A stretch of 64,000 nt of DNA from Chrysomallon squamiferum (lineage: Eukaryota > Animalia > Mollusca), in assembly GCA_012295275.1 (NCBI GenBank), contig CM022668.1, positions 10,974,001 through 11,038,000 of the forward strand, in the 5' to 3' direction. Shown piece by piece: positions 1 through 16,728 of the stretch. Numbering within the stretch: the stretch's first letter is position 1; every line of letters begins with the position of its first letter. Under the pieces are notes generated by a model, which worked only from the letters and a program-made list of their open reading frames with translations, had not been told where the DNA came from and did not search any database. A program made the translations under genes and the position numbers.

Positions 1-94
1 ACAGCTATAAAATATTTTAACTCTTTCTTTTTTTATTTTATGATTTAGTTGTTTATTTGTTTGTTTGTTAATGTATCTATCTTTTCAAATTCAG

Positions 95-1624
95 ATGAAT
101 GCGTTGATGATTGCATTCCTGGAGGCACGTTAAATGGAACTGATTGCAGCTGCTCTTGTCTGAACAACTGGGAAGGAGATTTCTGTAGTAATGTATTTTT
201 GTTCATTTGTAATGTTAATACGTAAAGATGAAACTCTAAAATGTTTCGATATTCAATGCCTGTTTTATTATTATCATTCTTTTCCTTTGCATCAGATACG
301 ATTATGTATGCCATAACAATTTGTATTTATTTATTTATTTGTTTCCAGATGTTTGTGATACAGGATGCAACAACGGAGGAACTGTTATTGAAGCTGAGTG
401 TAGCTGTTCTTGTTTGAACTACTGGGAAGGAAATTCCTGTGGTAAGTTATGTATTTTTATTTTATTTTATAATGGTATGTGTGTTTACATAGAACTTAAT
501 AAAACAGAAGGAAACGTTATTAATTAGAATCGTTGGTTCTGATTTATGTAACGAACCACTGACACTATGACTTTTTTTTTTGTATTATTATTATTATTTT
601 TTTAAATCTGTTTCTTATTATTATCTTAGTTCTTGTTTCTTCTTTCATGGAAGTTCTGTTATTCACATACAACTTATATACTTTCGTATATTTCAATCTT
701 ACACTAGTAAAAGAGTTACGAAAAACATAACGGACCTAATGGGCTTCATAAAGGACCTTAGAAAATATAGTTTGAATATAGATGATCTATACCAGATGGA
801 TATAATGCTAAGAACCTTTTCTTCCTTTGTTTACTATTATCTTCATTTAGCGCTCACCATAATATCAAAATCTGTGCATCTCTGTGTTTATCAGTGTGTT
901 TATAATAACATAGTTCAACATGGTTGTTTATCCGTGTGTTCATTCTCGTTCAAAACTTACATATCATTTTAATTTTTCTGGAAATATTGCGAACTTTATA
1001 CCAAGTTTCACGTTTAAGCAATGACAGGCTGCGAGTTTGCTGAGTTGGCATTTCTAAAGAACCGCTTTCTCTACCGCACGTCTCAATCATTTGTCATTTG
1101 TGAGAAATCCTGATTGTCTAACAATTTATTTAAACCCAGGTCAATGCACCGTAAAATGCGACAACGGCAGATATTTGAACAAAGTGGACTGTAGTTGCCA
1201 TTGTCGGAATAACTGGGAAGGAGAGTTTTGTAGTAAGTATATTTGATAATTCATTAACAAGATAATGCATAAACAATGAAATTTAAAAGAAGAAATAAAC
1301 GAAAACACATTTTATCTTTCCATCTTTGCTCTTACAACACATACTTTTATTTATGCCACAGCAGTCATTTGTTTGTTTGTTTCTTTTTTTCCAGATATAT
1401 GTGATGTTGAATGCTACAATGGAGGCACACTGAACGAAATTGCATGTATCTGTACTTGTAGAGATAACTGGGGAGGAAAGTTTTGTGGTAAGTTAATCAT
1501 ACAGAAGCAAATGTGAAATGTTTGGAAGAAATAATAGGAAAGAAATCGAAAACAATTTTCTTTACAAAATAATATAAAAAAGTTTTATTACTGTTTTCTT
1601 ATTTATTTCTTTTCTATTTTTTTC

Positions 1625-1666
<42 letters not shown>

Positions 1667-3075
1667 TATATTAAAATCAATATTTTAAAATTAGCTGAAT
1701 GCACTAATAAATGCTACAATGGCGGCACCATGAACGAAACTGACTGCAGCTGTTCTTGTTTGGAGAAGTGGGGAGGAGACGTTTGTAGTAAGTATGTGTG
1801 ATAATTAGTTAATATCTTTCGTTCTTCTTGGTATACAGTTATTTTAATATGTCAAGTGTGTTAACACTGAGGTTTGAAAATCTGTTTGTTTTCCATTAAT
1901 GTCAAAACAGTGTTATAGCGGTAGAAACTAACAAATTTCCAAAGATTCACAAGAAATGCTTATATTATGTTAGTCGTATATTATAATGTAAATAAATAAT
2001 TAAAAACAAATAAATAAATAAATAAATACTTGGGTAATGGTATTACATTAATGACATCAGTTGCTGTACGTATTGCGGTATGGAAACAATTTACATACAA
2101 AAGTTAAAACTGAGTAATGTATTTTACAGATGAATGCAATTTAGTTTGTGAAAATGGTGGGGTGTTGAGGGCAATTGCTTGTACCTGTAGATGCAAAGAG
2201 GATCAATATGGGGATATCTGTGAGCGAAGCAAGTACTTTTATTTGTCAAAACAAATTCTACAATAAAAAAGCTCATGAAACTATCTAATAATTTTGTAAT
2301 ATCCGCTATATCTAAGTCCAGTTCTCATCATTATTTTCAGTGGCCAAATTGACACATCATCTCTTTGCCTCTCTCTTTCCATATCTCTCCTGTCTTTCTT
2401 TCTGTCTTTTCTGTCTCTTGTTATTTCTTTCTCTTTCTACTTTTTTTTCTTTCTGTCACTCTCTCTTTCTCTTTCTAAAGTGCCCTTTCTCTGTCGGTTT
2501 CTCTCGGAAAATCAAAATGATCGAACAAAACCGTGTCTTTTCTATACTACTGGTTTGAATCAAATTTAGTGTTTTTACTTTGAATTTGGACAGGTTTAAT
2601 TTAACAATTATTTCTGTGTTCCAGGCTGCAATAATGATATAGTGAATGTAATGAATCAGATAATAGAGAAAGAATGTAGAAGTTCTGGAATGTTGTGGTT
2701 CTGGTGCATGGAAACCTGTCAGTTATGTCAGAATGGTAAGTTGATGTATCTGTGTTCAAACATTTGTAAAAAAATAAAAGTGTAATACAGATGTAGAAAT
2801 TTAAAACACACGATAAATGTTTTTTATTCCTTTTTCTAAACATTTCAGCCTTTCGTCATCTCTTTACAAGCTATGGGTCATCTTTTTTAGGTGAACAAAG
2901 ATATTCTGTTTATTTTCTTTCTTTTCTATTTATTTTATCAGGCGTGGTGTGCAAGGACAGACAAGAAGAAAAGTGTCGCCATTTTGAAGAACATGCGTTT
3001 GACGAAGCCACTCACATGTTCTGTTATGAACGTGAGTCATATGAGTGTCAGCACCTCTGTTTGTATTCAGAATAA
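95..3075 (+). CDS. Gene A (5'-partial): (EGF-like)x>=6 - ShK-like - His/Cys terminal domain; paralog of genes B-E
   Basis: Phase-1 exons: 95-187, 349-441, 1140-1232, 1395-1487, 1695-1787 (93 bp EGF-like, e.g. DICDVECYNGGTLNEIACICTCRDNWGGKFC), 2130-2228 (99 bp EGF-like, GC donor), 2625-2735 (GCNNDIVNVMNQIIEKECRSSGMLWFWCMETCQLCQN), 2942-3075 (GVVCKDRQEEKCRHFEEHAFDEATHMFCYERESYECQHLCLYSE*). Frame open throughout; signal and PAN exons presumably lie before base 1. Confidence 0.85.
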
Positions 3076-3789
3076 ACAAAGTCCTTTATCTAAGGTATTA
3101 TTGTATTCTTTTACTCGGTTTTCATTCTTTATTTAATTAGAATAATAACTCAATAAAAAGAATCATCTGAAACATTACAGATTCATTTTTAAATTTGAAT
3201 TTAGTGAGTATCCTAATTTATTTGTAATAATCAATTGAAATGTTCTCATTCATTTATTTATTGTTATCATCACCATAGTCAGAATTAGAATTTCTATATT
3301 TGTTTTTCTTCTTTTATTTTTCAAATATGATCGCAATCAAGGTTGTTTTATTTTTAAATGTGAAACTTAGTTAACATAGATCAGAGACAAAAGTAATCAA
3401 TAAAATAGTGCTTTTGTTTGTTTCATGCCTTTTCGCCTTTTTAATTAATTATTTATTTATTTATTTATTATTTTTTTATATGGATTTATTGCCTGTACCT
3501 AGGAAAGTAGCGTTAAACAAATATGCAATTATTCTGCGCTTTGTAGACAAAATATACCCGAAACAGTCAATTTTTATTGCTAGATCCAATTTTGTTTTAA
3601 TGACTGAAATCAATTTCGCAGCATATTCTAAAAGTTAAGATTAGAAGTACTAAATTGACATAGCTTAATTGTGTGCTCCTACATATGCTAGTGTTTTAGT
3701 GATGTTTACTAAAGAAAAAAGTTTCAAATTTATTTTGTAATAATTTTGTATTAAACTACGGTATATTCTGAAATAAAATCTTGGAGCCT

Positions 3790-4130
3790 GATCAGTTAAC
3801 AAATATCAATACAATCAATGAACTTTAGTATCTGCCTGTTTACATGGAATGCGTAATTTGAATATACCTGTGGACAACAATCTGCATACTGTGATCTGTG
3901 TTGATTTGATTAATTCTCTGTTTTAATGTCACAAGTTTCAAATCGAATGGCAGTGGAAGCAGATAAAATCAGCGTATATAAACGTTTGCTCTGTTTTGAT
4001 ATCGACTGTTGAACTGTAAATTAATTTGATAGTTGTAGCAGATGCTCTTTAAAACGGTGAGATTCGATACACGTGTCATATAAGGTTACAATTAATTATA
4101 AATTTCTTCTACGTCTCAAAATATTTTGAA
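3790..4130 (+). repeat. ~350-bp dispersed repeat upstream of family genes (copy 1)
   Basis: Core caatctgcatactg...aaaatcagcgtatataaacgtttgctctgtttt...aattaatttgatagttgt. Other copies: ~4880-5230 (+); ~20690-21090, ~24510-24800, ~40230-40500, ~57050-57450, ~59945-60350, ~61860-62080 (-); ~62400-62790 (+). Confidence 0.8.
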
Positions 4131-4187
4131 TAACAAGTTAATTTAAATAGTGAAGATGAAAATAACAATAACAACTGCCACAGCACC

Positions 4188-4245
<58 letters not shown>

Positions 4246-4374
4246 GCAACAACCTCTATAAGAAAAGCTGCAGTAGAACCAGCTATAATAATAATATTGA
4301 TGATGAAGATGATAACTATACGTTGAAACAAAACAATAAAATCTAGACATATACGAAATTCTGTTTTAAAATCC

Positions 4375-4620
4375 ACCATATACTATAAGAAATCTCTATT
4401 CTTAGCTGTTAGATTTACTCTGAGGAAATTCTGTTTTAAGTGGTTACGTATACCACAAGAAAACACCGTTTTAAGCTGTAACAAAAAAAAAAAAAAGACA
4501 TTGTAACCATAAGAAAACACCGTGCTAAGCTGGAACCATAAGTAAACACTGTTCTAAGTTGTAAAAACAATAAAACTGTTCTAATGAGATGTACATAAGA
4601 CGGAGAATATTAAAAACTGA
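4375..4620 (+). repeat. Degenerate ~35-bp minisatellite (ataagaaaactgtgttctaagttgt...)
   Basis: Recurring ataagaaaac/ctaagttgt words; also at ~5335-5560 and reversed at ~20365-20560, upstream of genes B and C. Confidence 0.6.
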
Positions 4621-4879
4621 AGAATACACACAAATATATAGGCATACAAATTTACGCACATTTACGTATATATAAAAGTGGAGACAGAAGCATAGACAAA
4701 CTTATGTACAGACGAACACGCTTATATGAACATACACGCACAGTTATAGATATACGCAGACGAACACATGCATAAATACGTAGATAAATGCATAATACAT
4801 TCAATACAAGGTTAGGATATTCTAATCAGCTTTACTGTGTGTAAAACTGCATAAAAGAATGGTGTGTTAAGGCAGTAAT

Positions 4880-5230
4880 AAATGAAATCAACATTAGCAA
4901 CTGCCTGTTGTGTGTGTCCATACAATTAAATAGTTAATTTGATTATATCTGTGGAAAGCAATCTGCATACTGTGATTTTTGATAGCAGACCCTGTTGATT
5001 TGATTAATTCCGTGTTTAAGTGTCAGAAGTTTAAAATCGAATGGCAGTGGAAGCAAATAAAATCAGCGTATATAAACGTCTGCTCTGTTTTGATATCGAC
5101 TGTTGAACTGTAAATTAATTTGACAGTTGTAGCAGATGCTCTTTAAAACGGTGAGGTTCGATACACGTGTCATATAAGGTTACAATTAATTATAAATTTC
5201 TTCTCTCTCTGAAAATATTTCGTATAATAA
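4880..5230 (+). repeat. ~350-bp dispersed repeat (copy 2, local tandem duplication)
   Basis: Near-identical to 3870-4130 over about 250 bp. Confidence 0.8.
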
Positions 5231-5254
5231 TAACAAAAAAAGCAGAACATCAAT

Positions 5255-5285
<31 letters not shown>

Positions 5286-5759
5286 GCCTCGGTAAGAAAA
5301 TCTGTAGTAGTAGCAGATGTAATAAAATATTGATCATAAGACATCTCTATTCTAATTTCTTACATATACTGTCAGGAAGGACTGTTATATATAAGAACAC
5401 TTCTAAGTTGTAAATATAAGAAAACTGTTCTACGTTGTTACATTCACAATAAGAAAACTATGTTGCTAGTTGTTACATACACTATAAGAAAACTGTGCTC
5501 TAAATTGTAACATACACGATATAATGTTCAAGACGTTGAATGAAATAAACATGTAAGAACTGCGTTAAATTATATCTTCTACTTCTGTGAGAAAACCAAT
5601 ATTATACACAGTTAGATTTGTTATAACTATATGTGTATGGATAAAATGAACCAATACGCTTTTCCTTTTCTTTCCAGTGTGTCTGTGTATATGTGTTTGT
5701 ATGTATGGTGTGTGTGTATCTGTGTGTTTGTGTATGTGTGTGTTATACATTTGATGACA

Positions 5760-5920
5760 AACCAATCAGATTCGGTAATTAAAACACTGAAAATGTATCA
5801 AACTGTTTTGATTGACATCTGGTATTCATTTAATTAATACTGCCGTTGAGTAAAATTCATTTCATAGAAATAGTTGTACAAAAGTGTATTTCTGAACGGT
5901 ATAATTTTATTTCACTAAAC
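5760..5920 (+). promoter_or_regulatory. Putative proximal promoter/5' UTR of gene B (CCAAT box + TGATTGACA)
   Basis: AACCAATCAG at 5760-5769 and TGATTGACA at 5809-5817; the same block is conserved upstream of gene C. Confidence 0.45.
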
Positions 5921-10956
<5,036 letters not shown>

Positions 10957-12365
10957 ACGAAGCACTTTCTGCCAGGTGTTATAGTCTTTTCTTTTACTCT
11001 GTTTTTACTGTTTACGTATTTACTAGATTCACTAGTTGCATTAATATTAAAATTCTACCTCTTAAAAGTTTTAAATCTAATTTTTGGGCAGTATGTGTTT
11101 CATTCAAGCAGTTTGGTAAGAAATGTAAATGCGTATACATCTATAAATAAGTAAATAAATAAATAATACTGAAGATTGCAACGTTAATCATCAAGTAGAT
11201 AATATTTAGGAAAGTGATATATGAGAGGAAGACATTCTGAACAATGATGTCTTACTTTTTGCTGTATATTTTCCTATTTAAATAAGAGTTATTTCCCTTA
11301 TATACAATTTGTATATATTAACCTTCCACATATTTGTTTATCTGTTTGTTTACGTATTACTTACTGACAACTATAAAGTATTTCTAGAGCGAGCACATAA
11401 TGCACTGGTGAAAAGTTGTTATAGATAAAATAGAAGAATAGTAATAAGAATTAATAGTACTAGCATTAGCACTACCAGTGGTACAATAAGAGCAGTAATA
11501 GTAGTAGTAGTGGTAGTAGTAGTAGTAGTAGTAGTAATTGTTGTTGTTGTTGTAGATGCACAAGTGTAGTGATAGTAGTAGTAACAATAATAATAAAATC
11601 CGTGATAAATTGATGATAACGCGAATAAGTGAAAGTGCATATGTTTATTAGTCTACTCACTTACTTACATAAACGTATTCATTCATCATTTATTCACTTA
11701 TTCGTTGTTTAATTATTTACATAAATTTATTTGTTTATTTGTTTCTTGGTGTATTTATTTATTTATTCATTCATTCATTTATTCAGTTATTTATTTGGAT
11801 GCTTATTTTTAAAATGTTTACTTAATTATTTATTATAATAATTATTATCACCAGTAGCATTAGTAGCAACCCTAGTGGTAGTAATTGTTGTCTTAACAGT
11901 ATGTGTTGTAGAAATGTTCTTGTTCAGATAGTTGCTATTTTTTTTTTTGAATAAAAACAAGAAACAAATTAGTTCAAGAGCATATGTCTTTTATTTGAGA
12001 TCATATTTATGACATAGGGTGTACCCACATCTCAGATCTAAAAGGAAAAAATAATAACACAAATGATTAATGACACCTTGATTTGGATATATATAGAAAA
12101 AATAAACATAACTAAAATAAAAAAAGTAAGAGGAGAACAACAGTAACAACAACAACAACAATACATATTCACTTGTTCAATATTTAGTAAATAATTTCGA
12201 ATTTGTTCTTTTTTTTTGACCTGTAAGAAATGATTCAAACTTTAATAAAAATGAATTTATAATATTTCAAATTGTTATTGGTTTCTATATAATTAATCTA
12301 CTGAATAATTAAATAATAAAAACAGAGTAAAGAAAAACAATAATACCTTACAGAAAGGACTTTGT

Positions 12366-14322
12366 TTATTTTGAATACAAACAGAGGTGCTGACACTCAT
12401 AGGACTCACGTTCATAACAGAACATGTGAGTGGCTTCGTCAAACGCATGTTCTTCAAAATGGCGACACTTTTCTTCTTGTCTGTCCTTGCACACCACGCC
12501 TATCACAGTAAATAGAAAACAAACAAATCAAATAAATAATTCCTGATAACAAGCCTGAGGTCTACTCTGGATGCAAATAGGAACTGAAGAGAATACAAAA
12601 AGAACTGAAGAAAGAATGTTTATCACATTTAAACACTTTCATTTACATGTAATACAGAGAGAAATACATCCATCCTGCTTATTGTTTTATATATATACGC
12701 ATGTATTTCACTATTGTTTATTTACAAATGTATGTACATAGACATATCAACTTACCATTCTGACATAACTGACAGGTTTTCACACACCAGAACCACAACA
12801 TTCCAGAACCACTACACTCTTTCTCTATTATCTGATGCATCATAATCACTGCGTCATCATGGCAATCTGAAAAATGTTTGTGTGAAATCACAAATGAAAG
12901 CAATATCATATCTGATCAAATCCAAAGTAATAAGCTAAAATGTTAACAAATCTAGCAAAATGGAGAATAGACGTTTTATTTCTTTATTTAGTGCCTTGTT
13001 TTCTGGTTTCTTTCTTTCTTCTTCTTCTTCTTCTTCTTCTTCTTCTTCATCTTCTTCTTCTTCTTCTATTTCTTCTTCTTCTGCTTCTTCTTCTTCTTCT
13101 TCTTCTTCTTCTTCTTTTTTCTTCTTCTTCTTCTTCTTTTTTTTTTTTCTTCTTTTTCTTTTTCTTCTTCTTCTTCTTCTTTTCCTTCTTTAAATAATAA
13201 AACCGTGCGTATGTATTGTGCTTCTTTTTACCATTGTTTGTTCTTCTAAATTCATGTACTTACTTAGCTCACATTTATCACCGTAGCAGTCTTCTTTGCA
13301 CGTACATGTGCAAGATATCGTATTCAACAAACCGCCATTTTGGCAGACTAGACTGCATTCATCTGTAAGAATAGAACTGAATCAATTTTTATTTATTATT
13401 CATACAGCATCAGATATCTACGAAAACTAAAAAATGTTTATTAATATGATTAATAACTGAAAGAGTGTCACTGAAGTTAAACAACAAAAGTCTACTTCTG
13501 AAAAATACATGAGTGTTGCTATCATCCTTCTGTCGTGAAGTTACGGTTTATGTGGCCAATGCAAAACATGATGCATGGCTAAAACCAGAGTGAAATAATA
13601 ACACAACTGACTGGTAACCTATTACTGTGACAGCGAACATGAAACAAACTTTAGTTTCAGATAAATATTCTAAATCAGGTAGACACAAATACTGCTTTCT
13701 TGTTGTAATTTTATTTGCGAACATGTTGTTTTAAATTTTCATCATCACTCATATCTTGTAAGACTCTAACTTTACGCAATATTAACATCTCAGATTTGAA
13801 TAAGACAGACTCGGTTAATTTCTGTCTTGCAAAACAGTTATAATAACTTTTAAAATGAGTCTATGAGAGAGGAGGAGATATACTTTTTAAAATTTTAAAA
13901 TTTCTCATTTTTAAATTAATTTGTATAGATCTTTGCAAAGAAGTAATATTTCAACTATCAAATATGCTTACCACATGTATCTCCTATCCAGTAGTTGACA
14001 CAAGAACAAGTACAGTCACTTTCATTCAACACGCCGCCAGGAAGACAGTCCTCGTTGCATACATCTTTATTTAAATAATAAATAAATAAAATAAAATAAA
14101 ATAAAATAAAATAAAATAAAATAAAATAAAATAAATAAATAAAACTTAAAAGGCATAAATCACAGTAGTTGATGTGAGAATAAAGCCGTATTATGATATA
14201 AATTAATATACTTACTACAGAAATCTCCTTCCCATTTGTTCAAACAAGAACAGCTGCAGTCACCTAAGTTGAAGATGCCTCCATTAAAACAGTCCTCGTT
14301 GCATACATCTAAATTTAAATAA

Positions 14323-14365
<43 letters not shown>

Positions 14366-15133
14366 AAACATAAATAAATAAATAAATAAAATAAAATAAA
14401 TGAAAATAAATGAAAAAGAAAATAGAGAAATTGCGGATTTAAATATTTTCTTCTTTGCATATTAACATACGAATTAATTATAAATATACTTACTACAGAA
14501 ATCTCCTTCCCAGTTGTTCAAACAAGAACAGCTGCAGTCACCTAAGTTAAAGATGCCGCCATTAAAACAGTCCTCGATGCATACATCTGAATTTAAATAA
14601 TAAATAAATGAATGAATAAATAAATAAATAAATTATGTTTTATGGTATAAATCATAATATCTGTTATTAAAAAGTAATAATAATAAAAGAAAAACCTGGT
14701 TTCTGATTACTTATTAATTTCTACGGAAACATTTTACATTTTCTTCTTTACATGTCAACGTATGAATTAATTATCACAGATATTTACCACACGCCTCGCC
14801 ATCCCATCTGCTCAAACAGGAACAGATACAGTCAGTTTCGTCCAATGTACCTCCATTGTAGCAGGCATTAGAGCATTCAGCTGTGTTTGAATAAATATAT
14901 GAATAAATAAGTAAATAAATAAATAAATATTTCTTTCGTGTTTTTTTTTATTATTATAATATTTGAAAATGTATAACGTTGTTATACGAAAATATATTAT
15001 TGATGTCTTCACTCTTGATTTTTTTTCCACCATTTGGATTCCTATTGTTTATTTCTTTTATTTATTTATTTATTTATTTATTTATTCTTTTTATTATCAT
15101 TATTTTTTTTTAAGATATAGAGGTGTATCGTGA

Positions 15134-15179
<46 letters not shown>

Positions 15180-16685
15180 TTTTTTTTTTTTTTTTTTTTT
15201 ACAAAGGTAATAATTAGGAATAAATGAAAAGAATTACATAATTAAATATCACTGTGAATATACAGAATATTCTTTCATTTATTAAAACTTCAAAACCTGT
15301 CTTAATTATATATGTTTTGTGTATGTGTGAATGTTTGCTTTTTAAGCACGTGTTGGAACGTTATTAATTACTTCAAGAATCAAAAAACAAACAAAAAAAC
15401 CACATAAACATATAGACAAATTCATATAGACAAATTGGTTTGCTTGCAGTACTGAACACAAACGATTCACATCAACAATGTAACTTCTTTAAATTTTACA
15501 TAAATACAAACTCTTTAAAACCGTGTTTCGTTGCATCCATTGTTTTTAAACCAACAATTCAAATAAACAGTTTCCTAGGTTTATAGATTTTCAGTTCTTT
15601 CACATATTAGAACTACAGTTCAACAGTACCAAGTAGAAAGCACGATAGTATTATTAAGTATACTTGCTACACACATCTCCTACCCAGTAGAAAACACGAT
15701 AGTATTATTAAGTATACTTACTACACACATCTCCTACCCAGTAGAAAGCATGATAGTATTATTAAGTATACTTACTACACACATCTCCTACCCAGTTGAA
15801 AACACGATATTATTATTAAGTATACTTACTACACACATCTCCTACCCAGTAGAAAACACGATATTATTATTAAGTATACTTACTACACACATCTCCTACC
15901 CAGTAGAAAACACGATAGTATTATTAAGTATACTTACTACACACATCTCCTACCCAGTAGAAAACACGATAGTATTATTAAGTATACTTACTACACACAT
16001 CTCCTACCCAGTAGAAAACACGATAGTATTATTAAGTATACTTACTACACACATCTCCTACCCAGTAGAAAACACGATATTATTATTAAGTATACTTACT
16101 ACACACATCTCCTACCCAGTAGAAAACACGATATTATTATTAAGTATACTTACTACACACATCTCCTACCCAGTAGAAAACACGATAGTATTATTAAGTA
16201 TACTTACTACACATCTCCCCCACCCAGTAGAAAACACGATAGTATTATTAAGTATACTTACTACACACATCTCCTACCCAGTAGAAAACACGATAGTATT
16301 ATTAAGTATACTTACTACACACATCTCCTACCCAGTAGAAAACACGATATTATTATTAAGTATACTTACTACACACATCTCCTACCCAGTAGAAAACACG
16401 ATAGTATTATTAAGTATACTTACTACACACATCTCCTACCCAGTAGAAAACACGATATTATTATTAAGTATACTTACTACACACATCTCCTACCCAGTAG
16501 AAAACACGATAGTATTATTAAGTATACTTACTACACACATCTCCTACCCAGTAGAAAACACGATAGTATTATTAAGTATACTTACTACACACATCTCCTA
16601 CCCAGTGGTCTATACAAGAACAGCTACAGTCAGCGAGGTTCAAACTGCCTCCATTGGAGCATTCACTATCACATATATCTGGAGG

Positions 16686-16728
<43 letters not shown>

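Noticed and set aside
580-972. 130-aa ORF in gene A intron
   Set aside because: Non-ATG start, low-complexity composition, no motif and no counterpart in paralogs.
15632-16606. CRISPR-like array
   Set aside because: Units are head-to-tail with no unique spacers, there are no cas genes, and the DNA is eukaryotic.
15750-16688. 312-aa repetitive ORF on the + strand
   Set aside because: By-product of the 54-bp array lacking stops in one frame; it is antisense to gene C, whose exon/intron junction is the source of the unit.
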